The notes beneath the pieces were generated by a model. That model was given only the letters and a program-made list of their open reading frames with translations, had not been told where the DNA came from and searched no databases. From positions 15,361 to 79,360 of the forward strand of contig DASVYJ010000062.1 in assembly GCA_036392215.1 (NCBI GenBank): a DNA stretch of 64,000 bases, in the 5' to 3' direction. The position numbers and the translations under genes are program-made. Origin of the DNA: Candidatus Limnocylindrales bacterium (GTDB taxonomy: Bacteria > Chloroflexota > Limnocylindria > Limnocylindrales > CSP1-4). Numbering within the stretch: the first letter of the stretch is position 1; each line of letters starts with the position of its first letter. Of the stretch, positions 18,121 through 26,353 are shown piece after piece.

Positions 18121-19224
18121 ATGAGGCAGGCAGGCCGCCGCGGGCGGCCGCTCGTCCGGCCGCCCGATCCGCCGCTCCGCGACGGCGACGTCCTGCTGCG
18201 GCCGTTCCGCCAGTCCGACGCGGCCGCGATCGCGGCGGCGTGCCAGGACCCGGAGATCCAGCACTGGGTGCCGCTGCCGGCGCCCTACACGATCCGCGAC
18301 GCGACGGACTTCGTCACCAGCACGGAACGCGGCTGGCGCGACGGGGTGCGCGCGGAGTTCGCCATCGTGCATGCCGGATCCGGCGACCTGCTCGGCGCCA
18401 TCGGCATCGGGCCCGGCGGCCTCGGCCAGGGCTGGTCGATCGGCTACTGGGTCGCCCCCGACGCGCGCCGGCTCGGCGTGGCCAGCCGGGCTCTTCGGCT
18501 GGTCTCGCGCTGGGCCCTCGGGCTCGAAGGCGTCCGGCGCGTCTACCTGATCGCGGAGGCTGGGAACGTCGCGTCGCAGCAGGTGGCGGTCCGCGCCGGG
18601 TTCCACCGCGACGGGCTCCTCCGGGCGTACCTCTCGATGCGCGGCGAGCTGCAGGACGTCGCCCTCTTCTCGCTCCTCCCGCGCGACCTCGCCGCCGAGG
18701 CCGAGGAGCGCAGGACCCGGGCGGACGTCGCGCCGCCGGGCGCGGCCGGCACGGGCGCGCCGACCCCGACCCACCTGGTCGCGCCGGGGAGCGCCGATCG
18801 ACCGTTCGAGCCCGTCCTGGTGCTGGCGGAGCTGCCGCCGGGCTCGCTGCGCCGCGTGAGCCGGGGCGACCTCGACGTCCTCCTCGCCCACACCCCGGCC
18901 GGCATCGTGGCGACCGAGGACCGCTGCCCGCACATGGCCGCCCCGCTCTCGCTCGGCACGCTCGACGGCTGCGTCGTGAGCTGCCCGCTCCACCGCGGCC
19001 GCTTCGACCTGTGCACGGGGGAGACGGTGCAGATGCCGACGACCGGCGGCCTCGATGCGGATGGGGTGTACCACCCGACGTGGGCAGCGCCGGGCAGCGA
19101 ACCCAAGCCGGACCCGCCCGGACCGAAGGCCGAGGCCCGGCGCCTCACCCGCGTCCGGCGCTTCCGCTACTACCCCGTCCGCGTCCACGACGGCCGGATC
19201 GAGGTGGCTCTGCCCGAGGCGTGA
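18121..19224 (+). CDS. Fusion protein: N-terminal GNAT (RimJ/RimL-like) N-acetyltransferase plus C-terminal Rieske [2Fe-2S] domain
   Basis: GNAT part: LRPFRQSDAAAIAAACQDPEIQHW...GYWVAPDARRLGVASRAL...NVASQQVAVRAGF. Rieske part: CPH (about 18925-18933) and CPLH (about 18982-18993). One continuous frame from the ATG at 18121. Confidence 0.75.
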   Translation: MRQAGRRGRPLVRPPDPPLRDGDVLLRPFRQSDAAAIAAACQDPEIQHWVPLPAPYTIRDATDFVTSTERGWRDGVRAEFAIVHAGSGDLLGAIGIGPGGLGQGWSIGYWVAPDARRLGVASRALRLVSRWALGLEGVRRVYLIAEAGNVASQQVAVRAGFHRDGLLRAYLSMRGELQDVALFSLLPRDLAAEAEERRTRADVAPPGAAGTGAPTPTHLVAPGSADRPFEPVLVLAELPPGSLRRVSRGDLDVLLAHTPAGIVATEDRCPHMAAPLSLGTLDGCVVSCPLHRGRFDLCTGETVQMPTTGGLDADGVYHPTWAAPGSEPKPDPPGPKAEARRLTRVRRFRYYPVRVHDGRIEVALPEA

Positions 19225-19313
19225 GCGCGACGCCGGGCGTGCGCGACGCCGGCCGACAGGCTGATCCCGCACGGTGGTCCGTCGCGCTGGTCCCGCGCGC
19301 TGGTCGTCGCAGC

Positions 19314-20297
19314 TCAGGCCGTCGGCAGCGTCCCCCGTCGCGGCAGCCGCCGGCGCCGGTCCGGCTCGTCGCCGTCCTGCCGGGCGTCCTCCGCGTCCCG
19401 TCGGGCGATGAAGGCGAGGATGATGCGCAGCGCCTCCTCCGGCGTCTCGACGACCTGCAGGAGGCCCAGGTCCTCGGGCCCGATCGCGCCGTGCGAAAGC
19501 AGCGTCCCGCGGACCCAGTCGAGCAGGCCGAGCCAGTACGCCGACCCGACGAGGATCACCGGGAAGTGGCGGATCTTGCGTGTCTCGATGAGCGTGAGCG
19601 CCTCGAACAGCTCGTCCAGCGTCCCGAACCCGCCCGGGAAGATGACGAACGCGTCGGCGTACTTCACGAACATCGTCTTGCGGACGAAGAAGTAGCGGAA
19701 CTCGACGGCCAGGTCGACGTAGGGGTTGACCTGCTGCTCGTGCGGCAGCTCGATGTTGCAGCCGATGGACAGGCCACCCGCCTCGTGGCAGCCCCGGTTG
19801 GCCGCCTCCATGACGCCCGGGCCACCGCCGGTGATGACGGCGAAGCCCTCCTCGGCCAGCAGACGCCCGAGCTGGCGGCTGCGCTCGTAGACGGGGTCGT
19901 CGGCGGCCGTCCGGGCGGAGCCGAAGACCGTCACCGCGGGGCCGACCGCGGCCAGCGCGTCGAAGCCCTCCACGAACTCGGACAGGATCCGCAGCGAGCG
20001 CCACGGGTCGGAGTCGAGGAAGGCCGGCCGTGGGGCGCGCTCCAGGAGCCGCTCGTCCTCCGTCGAGGCGTGGTGCCGACGGAGCAGCGCGGCGGCCTTG
20101 GGCCGCATCGTGACCCGGCCGCTGCGTCGCTGCTCCCGGTCGGGCGGGGTCGGGTGGCCCGCCGCCTCGGCACTCGAGGACGCGCCCGGCGGTCCCGCCG
20201 CCTGGCCGTGGCTCGCCTCATGGAGGGCGGCGTCGGGCGTCGAGCCGGCGCGCGGCTCGTCGGCCGCGTCGCGTCCCTGGTCGCGCGTCTCGCTCAT
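19314..20297 (-). CDS. LOG family protein (TIGR00730 Rossmann-fold nucleotide-binding protein)
   Basis: GGGPGVMEAANRG...FVIFPGGFGTLDELFE motifs. ATG at 20295-20297 with AGGAG upstream. It has a ~100-aa low-complexity N-terminal extension. Confidence 0.85.
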   Translation of the reverse strand: MSETRDQGRDAADEPRAGSTPDAALHEASHGQAAGPPGASSSAEAAGHPTPPDREQRRSGRVTMRPKAAALLRRHHASTEDERLLERAPRPAFLDSDPWRSLRILSEFVEGFDALAAVGPAVTVFGSARTAADDPVYERSRQLGRLLAEEGFAVITGGGPGVMEAANRGCHEAGGLSIGCNIELPHEQQVNPYVDLAVEFRYFFVRKTMFVKYADAFVIFPGGFGTLDELFEALTLIETRKIRHFPVILVGSAYWLGLLDWVRGTLLSHGAIGPEDLGLLQVVETPEEALRIILAFIARRDAEDARQDGDEPDRRRRLPRRGTLPTA

Positions 20298-20428
20298 CGG
20301 CTCCTGCCCGGCTCCGGCCCGTCGCGCCGGCGCCCGACGGGGCGGCAGCGGGCCGCGGGCTAGCATGCCACGGCCGGCCGTCCCCGACGCGCCCCTCGGT
20401 CCAGCGCCACGCGGCCGGCGGGGAGGGC

Positions 20429-21046
20429 CTAGGGCGATGCGGTCAGGGCCGCCACGATGAGGCTCTGGGCGACGATCACGGCCAGGCCCGCGACGATGAA
20501 CCCGACCGCCTGCGCACCGAACCGCGGACCCGCCCGCGCCAGCGGGTCCAGGACGAGCGTCAGCGGGCGGACCACGAGGCCGACGAGGGGCAGGCTGAGC
20601 CACCACGAGAGGGCGAGCACGACCACGGCCGCCGTCCGCTGCTCGGGCGAGCCGTAGATGGCGGAGCCGGCCACGCCGAGGGCGAGCAAGCCGGTCCAGG
20701 CGCCGAGGCCCAGGCGCCAGGCGACTCGGAGGGCGGGGTTCGTCCGGAAGTCGCCGGGATGGTCAGGCAGCGCGGCCTGACCGGGCATCGAGGTCGGCCG
20801 ACCCGGTGCCGGGGAAGCGGCGAGCAGGCCTCCCGCCGCGCGCCCGGCAGCGATCGGGACCGGCGGCGGCCCTGCTCGCCGTCGGGTGAGGTCGGCCCGC
20901 CGGCGCCGTTCCGGAAGGCTGAGCCGAGCTGTGCTCGCCGGGGCCGCGGCCGTGCCCCGGAGGACGTTGGGGACGACCGGCGGCCCGCTCAGGACGTTGG
21001 GCCGGGCCGTCGGCGAGGTCGCGATCGGGCGACGCTGCAGGATCAT
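20429..21046 (-). CDS. Hypothetical membrane protein (Pro/Arg-rich N-terminus, 3 predicted TM helices)
   Basis: The C-terminal half is hydrophobic (LGLGAWTGLLALGVAGSAIY...VVVLALSWWLSLPLVGLVV...FIVAGLAVIVAQSLIVAAL). GGAGG lies 7 nt upstream of the ATG at 21044-21046. Confidence 0.5.
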   Translation of the reverse strand: MILQRRPIATSPTARPNVLSGPPVVPNVLRGTAAAPASTARLSLPERRRRADLTRRRAGPPPVPIAAGRAAGGLLAASPAPGRPTSMPGQAALPDHPGDFRTNPALRVAWRLGLGAWTGLLALGVAGSAIYGSPEQRTAAVVVLALSWWLSLPLVGLVVRPLTLVLDPLARAGPRFGAQAVGFIVAGLAVIVAQSLIVAALTASP

Positions 21047-21067
21047 CCAGCCGCCTCCGGTCCGAAT

Positions 21068-21466
21068 CTACGTCGGGCGTCCACCCCCGGCCGGGCCGCG
21101 GCCCGGCGCGAGCCACGATCGCCAGGTCGCCTCGGCGAGACCCGCGGTGCAGTCGTGCCCGAAGCGCACCAGCGGCAGGCGCAGGAGGCGGGCATCCGCG
21201 AGCAACCGCTCGGCCAGCTCGCCGTCCTCCATCCGCAGATAGCCCAGCCCGGCGTCGCGCCAGGCTCGGCCCTCGGTATCGGCGAGCGCTGTCGCGCCGA
21301 GACGCTCGACGAAGCGGCGCAGCTCGCCCGGGGCGATCGGCCGGCGCCGCAGGTCGTTGAAGACGACGCCGACCCGGCGCTCCTTGAAGAAGCGCTGCGC
21401 GGCGCGGGTGGCCTGCGAGTCGGGGAGGCCGAAGATCTGGACGGTGGGACCGGACGGCTGGGGCAT
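21068..21466 (-). CDS. ArsC/Spx/MgsR-family (thioredoxin-fold) protein lacking the usual N-terminal Cys
   Basis: The last 132 aa of ORF 21068-22549 are VQIFGLPDSQATRAAQRFFKERRV...RRFVERLG...LLRLPLVR. The family's usual C at the 'NC' position is Ser here. Confidence 0.7.
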   Translation of the reverse strand: MPQPSGPTVQIFGLPDSQATRAAQRFFKERRVGVVFNDLRRRPIAPGELRRFVERLGATALADTEGRAWRDAGLGYLRMEDGELAERLLADARLLRLPLVRFGHDCTAGLAEATWRSWLAPGRGPAGGGRPT

Positions 21467-21547
21467 CGTCCGCCAGCCTACCCGAGGGCCCGGGACGGCC
21501 GCCACCCGTTCGGCCGCGCCGGGTACCATCGCGGCCAGGAGGTGCCC

Positions 21548-21820
21548 ATGGTCTGGTTCACCGTCCAGCTCGAGGACCGTCCCGGCGCCCTGGCCCGGCT
21601 CGCCGAAGCGCTCGGCCAGCGGCAGGTCAACATCACCGGCATCGTCGGCGTCGCGGAGGACACGGAAGGGGCGCTGATGCTCACGACGAGCGATCCGGCG
21701 GCCACCCGGGACGCCTTCGCGGCGCTCGGCCTGACGTACGAGGAGCACGAGCCCGGCGAGGGGCTCGCCCCCGAGGTCCGCCGCGGCCTGGCCGACCGCG
21801 GGATGGACCTGGCGGGCTGA
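21548..21820 (+). CDS. Small ACT-domain protein
   Basis: [34 protein letters not shown] is typical of an ACT beta-alpha-beta start. AGGAGGTG lies upstream of the ATG at 21548. Confidence 0.65.
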   Translation: MVWFTVQLEDRPGALARLAEALGQRQVNITGIVGVAEDTEGALMLTTSDPAATRDAFAALGLTYEEHEPGEGLAPEVRRGLADRGMDLAG

Positions 21821-21836
21821 CGCGCCCGCACCCTCG

Positions 21837-22586
21837 ATGCCTCGAGCTGCCCGACCCCGCGTCCCCACCGTCGCCCTCCGGCTGGAGTGCCGCGACGCGC
21901 CGTCGGCGGTGCCGGCGGTCACGGCCCGCATCGCCTCGGCGGGCGGCACCGTCCGGACCCTGAGCACGGTCCGGCGCCGCGAGGCCGGCCCGGGCGCGGC
22001 CGGGATCGCGGCCGACGCGCCCGCTCCGCCCGACGGGCCCACGGCCCCGACGCCCGCGGTCGCCGTGCTGGAGGTCGAGGTCGAGGGCCTCGCCGAGGCG
22101 GACGCCCTGGCCGCCCTCGCCGGCCTGCCCGAGCTCGCCGCCGAGCCACACCTCACGCGGACGCTCGACCGCGTCTTCGGCAAGCGCGTCATCGTCATCG
22201 GCGGCGGGGCGCAGGTCGCCCAGGTCGCCCTTGGGGCCGTGAGCGAGGCCGACCGCCACAACCTGCGGGGCGAGCGGATCAGCGTCGACACGATCGCCCT
22301 TGTCGGGGAGGAGCACCTCGCGGCTGCGGTCCGCGCCGTGGCCGACCTGCCCCGCGCCCGATGCCTCGTCCTGGCGGGCTCGATCATGGGCGGCGACGTC
22401 ACCCGGGCGGTCCGCGAGCTACAGGCGAGCGGCATCCCGGTCATCGCCCTGAACATGGTCGGCTCGACCGCCAAGGCCGCGGACCTGGTCGTCTCGGATC
22501 CGGTCCAGGCCGGGACGATGGCCGTCATGTCGATCTCGGACCACGCCACGTTCGACCTCGAGCGGCAGCGGGGCCGCCGCTACTGA
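21837..22586 (+). CDS. ACT-like N-terminal domain plus a C-terminal Rossmann-like domain (resembles DUF5612)
   Basis: [18 protein letters not shown]...[16 protein letters not shown]...[32 protein letters not shown]. The family assignment is from memory only. Confidence 0.5.
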   Translation: MPRAARPRVPTVALRLECRDAPSAVPAVTARIASAGGTVRTLSTVRRREAGPGAAGIAADAPAPPDGPTAPTPAVAVLEVEVEGLAEADALAALAGLPELAAEPHLTRTLDRVFGKRVIVIGGGAQVAQVALGAVSEADRHNLRGERISVDTIALVGEEHLAAAVRAVADLPRARCLVLAGSIMGGDVTRAVRELQASGIPVIALNMVGSTAKAADLVVSDPVQAGTMAVMSISDHATFDLERQRGRRY

Positions 22587-22651
22587 GGACCGCGACCCGT
22601 CCGGCGTGCCCGTGGCAGCGGGGCGGCGGCCCGGAGGACCGAGGCAGACCG

Positions 22652-23554
22652 ATGCGCATCGCCACCTGGAACGTCAACTCGCTCAAGGCTCGGCTGGAGA
22701 AGGTCGAGTGGTGGCTCGAGCGCGCGGCGCCCGACGTCCTGCTCCTTCAGGAGACCAAGCTGACCGACGCGGACGCGCCCGTGCTCCCCTTCCGGATGGC
22801 CGGCTACGAGCTCCTCCACCATGGCGAGGGACGCTGGAACGGGGTCGCCATCGCGAGCCGGGTCGGCGTCGCGGACGTCTTCACCAACTTCGACGGGCGA
22901 GCGGTCCGCGACTCCGGCCCCGGTGCGGCGGGCGCCTTCGGGGAGGAGGACTTCGACCCCTTCGACGAGGCGCGGATGGTCTCCGCCGTCTGCGCCGGCA
23001 TCCGCTTCGTCTCGCTCTACGCCCCGAACGGCCGCGTCGTCGGCTCGCCGTTCTTCGAGGGCAAGCTCGCCTGGTTCGCCCGGCTCCGCCGCTGGCTGGA
23101 CGAGACCCGGCAGGTCGACGAACCGCTCGTCCTGGGGGGCGACCTCAACGTCGCCCCGACCGACGCCGATGTCTGGGATCCCGTGGCGGCCCACGGCGGG
23201 ACGCACGTCTCGGAGCCCGAGCGGGCTGCCTTCCGGGCCCTCCTCGGGTGGGGCCTCGAGGATGCCTGGCGCGCCCGGCGCGACGAGCCGGCCCGCTACA
23301 CCTGGTGGGATTACCGGGCCGGCAACTTCCAGCGCAACGAGGGCATGCGGATCGACCACCTCCTCCTCACCCGGCCCGTCGCCGAGCGCGTCATCGGCAT
23401 CGAGATCGACCGCGAGGCACGCAAGGGCAAGCCGGTCCCGTCGGACCACGCGCCGCTCGTCCTGGACCTCGACGAGCCGGGCCGGCCGTTCGACCCGGGC
23501 TGGGCGGGCGCCGACGAGCGGTTCGCGGCGCGCCGCGCGGTCCACCGGGGGTAG
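22652..23554 (+). CDS. xthA: Exodeoxyribonuclease III
   Basis: MRIATWNVNSLKARL...LLLQETK...GDLNVAP...RIDHLL...SDHAPLVLDL. ATG at 22652. Confidence 0.9.
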   Translation: MRIATWNVNSLKARLEKVEWWLERAAPDVLLLQETKLTDADAPVLPFRMAGYELLHHGEGRWNGVAIASRVGVADVFTNFDGRAVRDSGPGAAGAFGEEDFDPFDEARMVSAVCAGIRFVSLYAPNGRVVGSPFFEGKLAWFARLRRWLDETRQVDEPLVLGGDLNVAPTDADVWDPVAAHGGTHVSEPERAAFRALLGWGLEDAWRARRDEPARYTWWDYRAGNFQRNEGMRIDHLLLTRPVAERVIGIEIDREARKGKPVPSDHAPLVLDLDEPGRPFDPGWAGADERFAARRAVHRG

Positions 23555-23605
23555 CTCGCCGCGCCGACGGTCCTGCCGTCGCCGCTACCCACGCTGCCGG
23601 GCGTA

Positions 23606-23766
23606 TCCCGCCGGACGTCAGAGGCACATCCCTGACGCCGCGGCGGGCGAGCGCGACGGGACTGTGCGTCAGAGGTACTGCATCGCCGGATCGGGGACCG
23701 TCGACGTCGGGACTTTGCGTCAGGAGACGGATCCGACGGCGCCGGAGCGTGGGATGTCAGGGATGT
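23606..23766. repeat. Phased short repeats containing a CGTCAG core inside a non-coding gap
   Basis: CGTCAG starts at 23616, 23667 and 23718, an exact 51-bp spacing. A 19-mer CGGGACTKTGCGTCAGRRG occurs at 23657-23675 and 23708-23726. An 11-mer GTCAGGGATGT occurs at 23756-23766 and inverted at 23626-23636. A further TTGCGTCAGG lies at 23926-23935. Confidence 0.6.
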
Positions 23767-24055
23767 CCGTCTGGCGTAGACGCGCGCGGGTTGTGGGCCG
23801 GCACGAGTGCGCCGCGCCCGACGGAGCCCCGCATCGACGGATGACGATGCCGGCGGGCTGACATTCGTCCAGAGCGCGAGACCACGACCGCCCGCTCCCC
23901 GCCCCGCCCGGGCCGGCGATGCTCGTTGCGTCAGGCGCCGCCAGGCCGGCGGCTCCGGACAGCGACCTCCCTCTCCGGCGTCCGCGTGCCTCCTCTCGCG
24001 GCACCCGGTGACGGGCGAGCGCCCGAGACGCAGCGGTCCTCGCCCGACCTGTCCC

Positions 24056-24085
24056 GGAGCGCCGGAGACCTCCCTCCGGCGCTCC
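24056..24085 (-). terminator. Strong hairpin about 80 nt downstream of the GT87-like gene
   Basis: Perfect 12-bp stem GGAGCGCCGGAG / CTCCGGCGCTCC with a 6-nt loop. There is no U-tract. Confidence 0.5.
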
Positions 24086-24166
24086 TCCCTCCTCCGGGCC
24101 GAGACAGCGCGCCGGCGACCGGCCGGGCACGGGCACCCGCGCTTCCGCCGCGCCGCTCTGGTGGTC

Positions 24167-25474
24167 CTACGTGCTCCCGGCGAGGGCGCCGTCAACGTCC
24201 GTGTCGGCGTCGTCCCCGTCGCTCTCGACCACTCCCCGCGCCGGACGCGAGCGGCGCCTCGGCGAGGCGGATCCCGCCGCCGGCGCCTTCGGCACCTGCC
24301 TCCCCGCAGCCTCCGTCTCCTCCGCCTCCGCCGCGTCCGTTCCCGGCACAGCCGCGACCGGCTCGCGAAAGGCTGGCCAGCGGAGCCCGAGGGCGAAGGC
24401 GCCGGCAACCGCGAGCCAGCCCAGCCATTGGAACGTCGGGTCGTAGCTCGCGACGGCGATCGCCGCGAGGAGGGCGACCTCGCGTCGCACGAGGAGCATC
24501 GCCGGCAGGAGGAACAGCCAGGTGTAGGTGTGGACGTTCGGCGCGGCGACGATCGCGGCAAGGCCGGCCCACGCCGCCGCCTCGGGTCCGCCGACGACCA
24601 GCATGGCCGCGGTCGCCAGGGTGCCCGCGATGCCGACAGCCACGGGCGGCAGAAAGCGGAGCAGGGACGACCCGACGAAGACCCAGGACGGATCGGCGGC
24701 GCGACGGTCCTGGGCGAGCCAGTCGAGGTAGACGTGAAGGCCGGTGAGCGGGACCGTGACGAGGACGGCGAAGCCGGCCAGGCAGGCCGCGATGAGCGCG
24801 GTCCTCGGGGCGCGTCGGAGCAGGACGACCCAGGGCTGAACCTGGGACACCTTGATCACCGCGACGGCCGCGCCGGCGAGGCCGACCCCGAGGCCGAGCG
24901 AGCGGTCCAGGATGCGCGGCGTCGGCCGCCAGCGACCGAGGGGCCGCGGCTCGTAGAAGGCCACGGCGAACGCCGCGAAGGCGACGAGCTGGACGTTCGC
25001 GTTCCAGATGCCCTCGGTGAACGGCGGCCACAGGAGGAGGAGCGGGATGGCCAGGGCCGGCACGCCGAGCCGGCGGCAGGCCACCACCGCTGCGATGAGG
25101 CCGACCAGGACGAAGCCTGCCACCACGAGCCCGCGAGGCAGGAAGAGGAGGGGCGCGAGGTAGGCCAGGACGTAGGGCGGGTAGAGGAAGGGCACGCCGA
25201 GACCCGCGCCGGAACGGAATGCCGCGGCCAGGTACGGCGTGTGGCCGTGGATCCAGCGGTCGGCCGCGATCAGCGGGACGTCGGCGTCGTTGCCGAGCTG
25301 GAAGTGGACGGCGATGAGGACCAGGCCCGGCACGGCGGCGGCCACGGCGAGCCACCACAGGGCGTAGCGGAGCCGGAGGTTGTCGACGCGCCCGACGGTG
25401 AGGGTCCGCGCGAGCAGGCCGTCGGGACCGCGCAGCGGGACACGCGACGCGGGCAGGGAGGGAAGGGCGGCCAT
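24167..25474 (-). CDS. Polytopic membrane protein, glycosyltransferase family 87 / DUF2029-like
   Basis: Roughly 10 hydrophobic segments from the ATG at 25472-25474 (ALWWLAVAAAVPGLVLIAV...FLYPPYVLAYLAPLLF...), followed by an acidic, low-complexity C-terminal tail. The family call is tentative. Confidence 0.55.
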   Translation of the reverse strand: MAALPSLPASRVPLRGPDGLLARTLTVGRVDNLRLRYALWWLAVAAAVPGLVLIAVHFQLGNDADVPLIAADRWIHGHTPYLAAAFRSGAGLGVPFLYPPYVLAYLAPLLFLPRGLVVAGFVLVGLIAAVVACRRLGVPALAIPLLLLWPPFTEGIWNANVQLVAFAAFAVAFYEPRPLGRWRPTPRILDRSLGLGVGLAGAAVAVIKVSQVQPWVVLLRRAPRTALIAACLAGFAVLVTVPLTGLHVYLDWLAQDRRAADPSWVFVGSSLLRFLPPVAVGIAGTLATAAMLVVGGPEAAAWAGLAAIVAAPNVHTYTWLFLLPAMLLVRREVALLAAIAVASYDPTFQWLGWLAVAGAFALGLRWPAFREPVAAVPGTDAAEAEETEAAGRQVPKAPAAGSASPRRRSRPARGVVESDGDDADTDVDGALAGST

Positions 25475-25568
25475 GGGCGCCGAGCCTAGCGGGACGGGCG
25501 GGCCGCGCGGGTGAGCGCGGCTGCGCCGGACGTTGCAGACGGATGAAGGCGCGACCAGCGGGGGGCGC

Positions 25569-25596
25569 TTGACGAGCCGCACGGCGGTGCTAGCAT
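25569..25596 (+). promoter_or_regulatory. Putative promoter of the TetR-fad operon
   Basis: TTGACG (25569-25574), 16-nt spacer, TAGCAT (25591-25596). Confidence 0.5.
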
Positions 25597-25602
25597 GCCC
25601 CC

Positions 25603-25620
25603 ACCAAACGTTCGTTTGGT
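25603..25620. promoter_or_regulatory. Perfect 18-bp palindrome, probable TetR/FadR operator
   Basis: ACCAAACGTTCGTTTGGT lies immediately downstream of the -10 hexamer, at the expected transcription start and 38 nt upstream of the TetR ATG. Confidence 0.6.
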
Positions 25621-25657
25621 CGCGCCGCCGGCGTGGCCGCTCGCTCACAGGAGCGCG

Positions 25658-26353
25658 ATGACGCTCGCCCGTCCCCGCGAGGCCGCCCTGCTCGGTGTCG
25701 CCACCCGCCTCTTCCGCGAGCGCGGGTTCCACGCGACCTCGATGCAGGACCTGGCCGAGGCGCTCGGCATGAACCGTGGCAGCCTCTACCACTACATCGA
25801 GTCGAAGGACGACCTGCTGTGGTGGATCGTCAGCGGCGCGCTCGAGCGACTCGACGGCCGCGTCCGGCCGATCCTCGAGGCGGACGGCCCGGCTCCGGGG
25901 CGGCTGCGCGCGGCGATCGCGGAACACCTCTGCTTCGCTGCAGCCGAGAGCGACGAGCTATCCCTCATCCAGATCGAGCTGCGCTCGCTCGGCGGGGAGC
26001 GGCGGGCCGAGCTCATCCGCCGGCGCGACGCGTACGAGGTCTGCTGGCGGCGGACGGTGAGCGACGGCATCGCCGCCGGCGAGTTGCGGGCCGTCGATGT
26101 CCGCCTGGCCACGATCGCCATCCTCTCGGCCTGCAACTGGTTCACCCAGTGGTATCGCCCCGAAGGCGCGCAGACGGCCGAGGCGATCGGGGCCGTCTTC
26201 GGAGACCTGTTCCTCGACGGGTTGGCGGGCGCTCCCGCGCGCGCCGTCGCGGGCCCTGGCGCGGACGCTACCGCGGGCCCTGGCGCGGGCCCTGCCGCGG
26301 GCCCTGCCGCGGGCGGCGGCCGGGGACGGTCGGGCGCGGAGGACCGGCCGTGA
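25658..26353 (+). CDS. TetR/AcrR family regulator (FadR-like, fatty-acid degradation repressor)
   Basis: HTH region LLGVATRLFRERGFHATSMQDLAEALGMNRGSLYHYIESKDDLL. It is the first gene of the fad operon, and its stop overlaps the next start (GTGA). CAGGAG lies upstream of the ATG at 25658. Confidence 0.85.
   Translation: MTLARPREAALLGVATRLFRERGFHATSMQDLAEALGMNRGSLYHYIESKDDLLWWIVSGALERLDGRVRPILEADGPAPGRLRAAIAEHLCFAAAESDELSLIQIELRSLGGERRAELIRRRDAYEVCWRRTVSDGIAAGELRAVDVRLATIAILSACNWFTQWYRPEGAQTAEAIGAVFGDLFLDGLAGAPARAVAGPGADATAGPGAGPAAGPAAGGGRGRSGAEDRP
26274..26321 (+). repeat. 12-bp tandem repeat (CGGGCCCTGSCG) within the 3' end of the TetR gene
   Basis: Three adjacent copies lie at 26274-26309, with a degenerate fourth copy and a separated copy at 26250-26261. 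They encode the (A/G)GP-rich tail AGPGAGPAAGPAAG. Confidence 0.7.

Noticed and set aside
23720-24136. 138-aa minus-strand ORF, and other ORFs, inside the 610-bp convergent gap
   Set aside because: The sequences are Arg/Gly/Pro-rich with no ribosome-binding site and no protein-like segments. The region is treated as non-coding.
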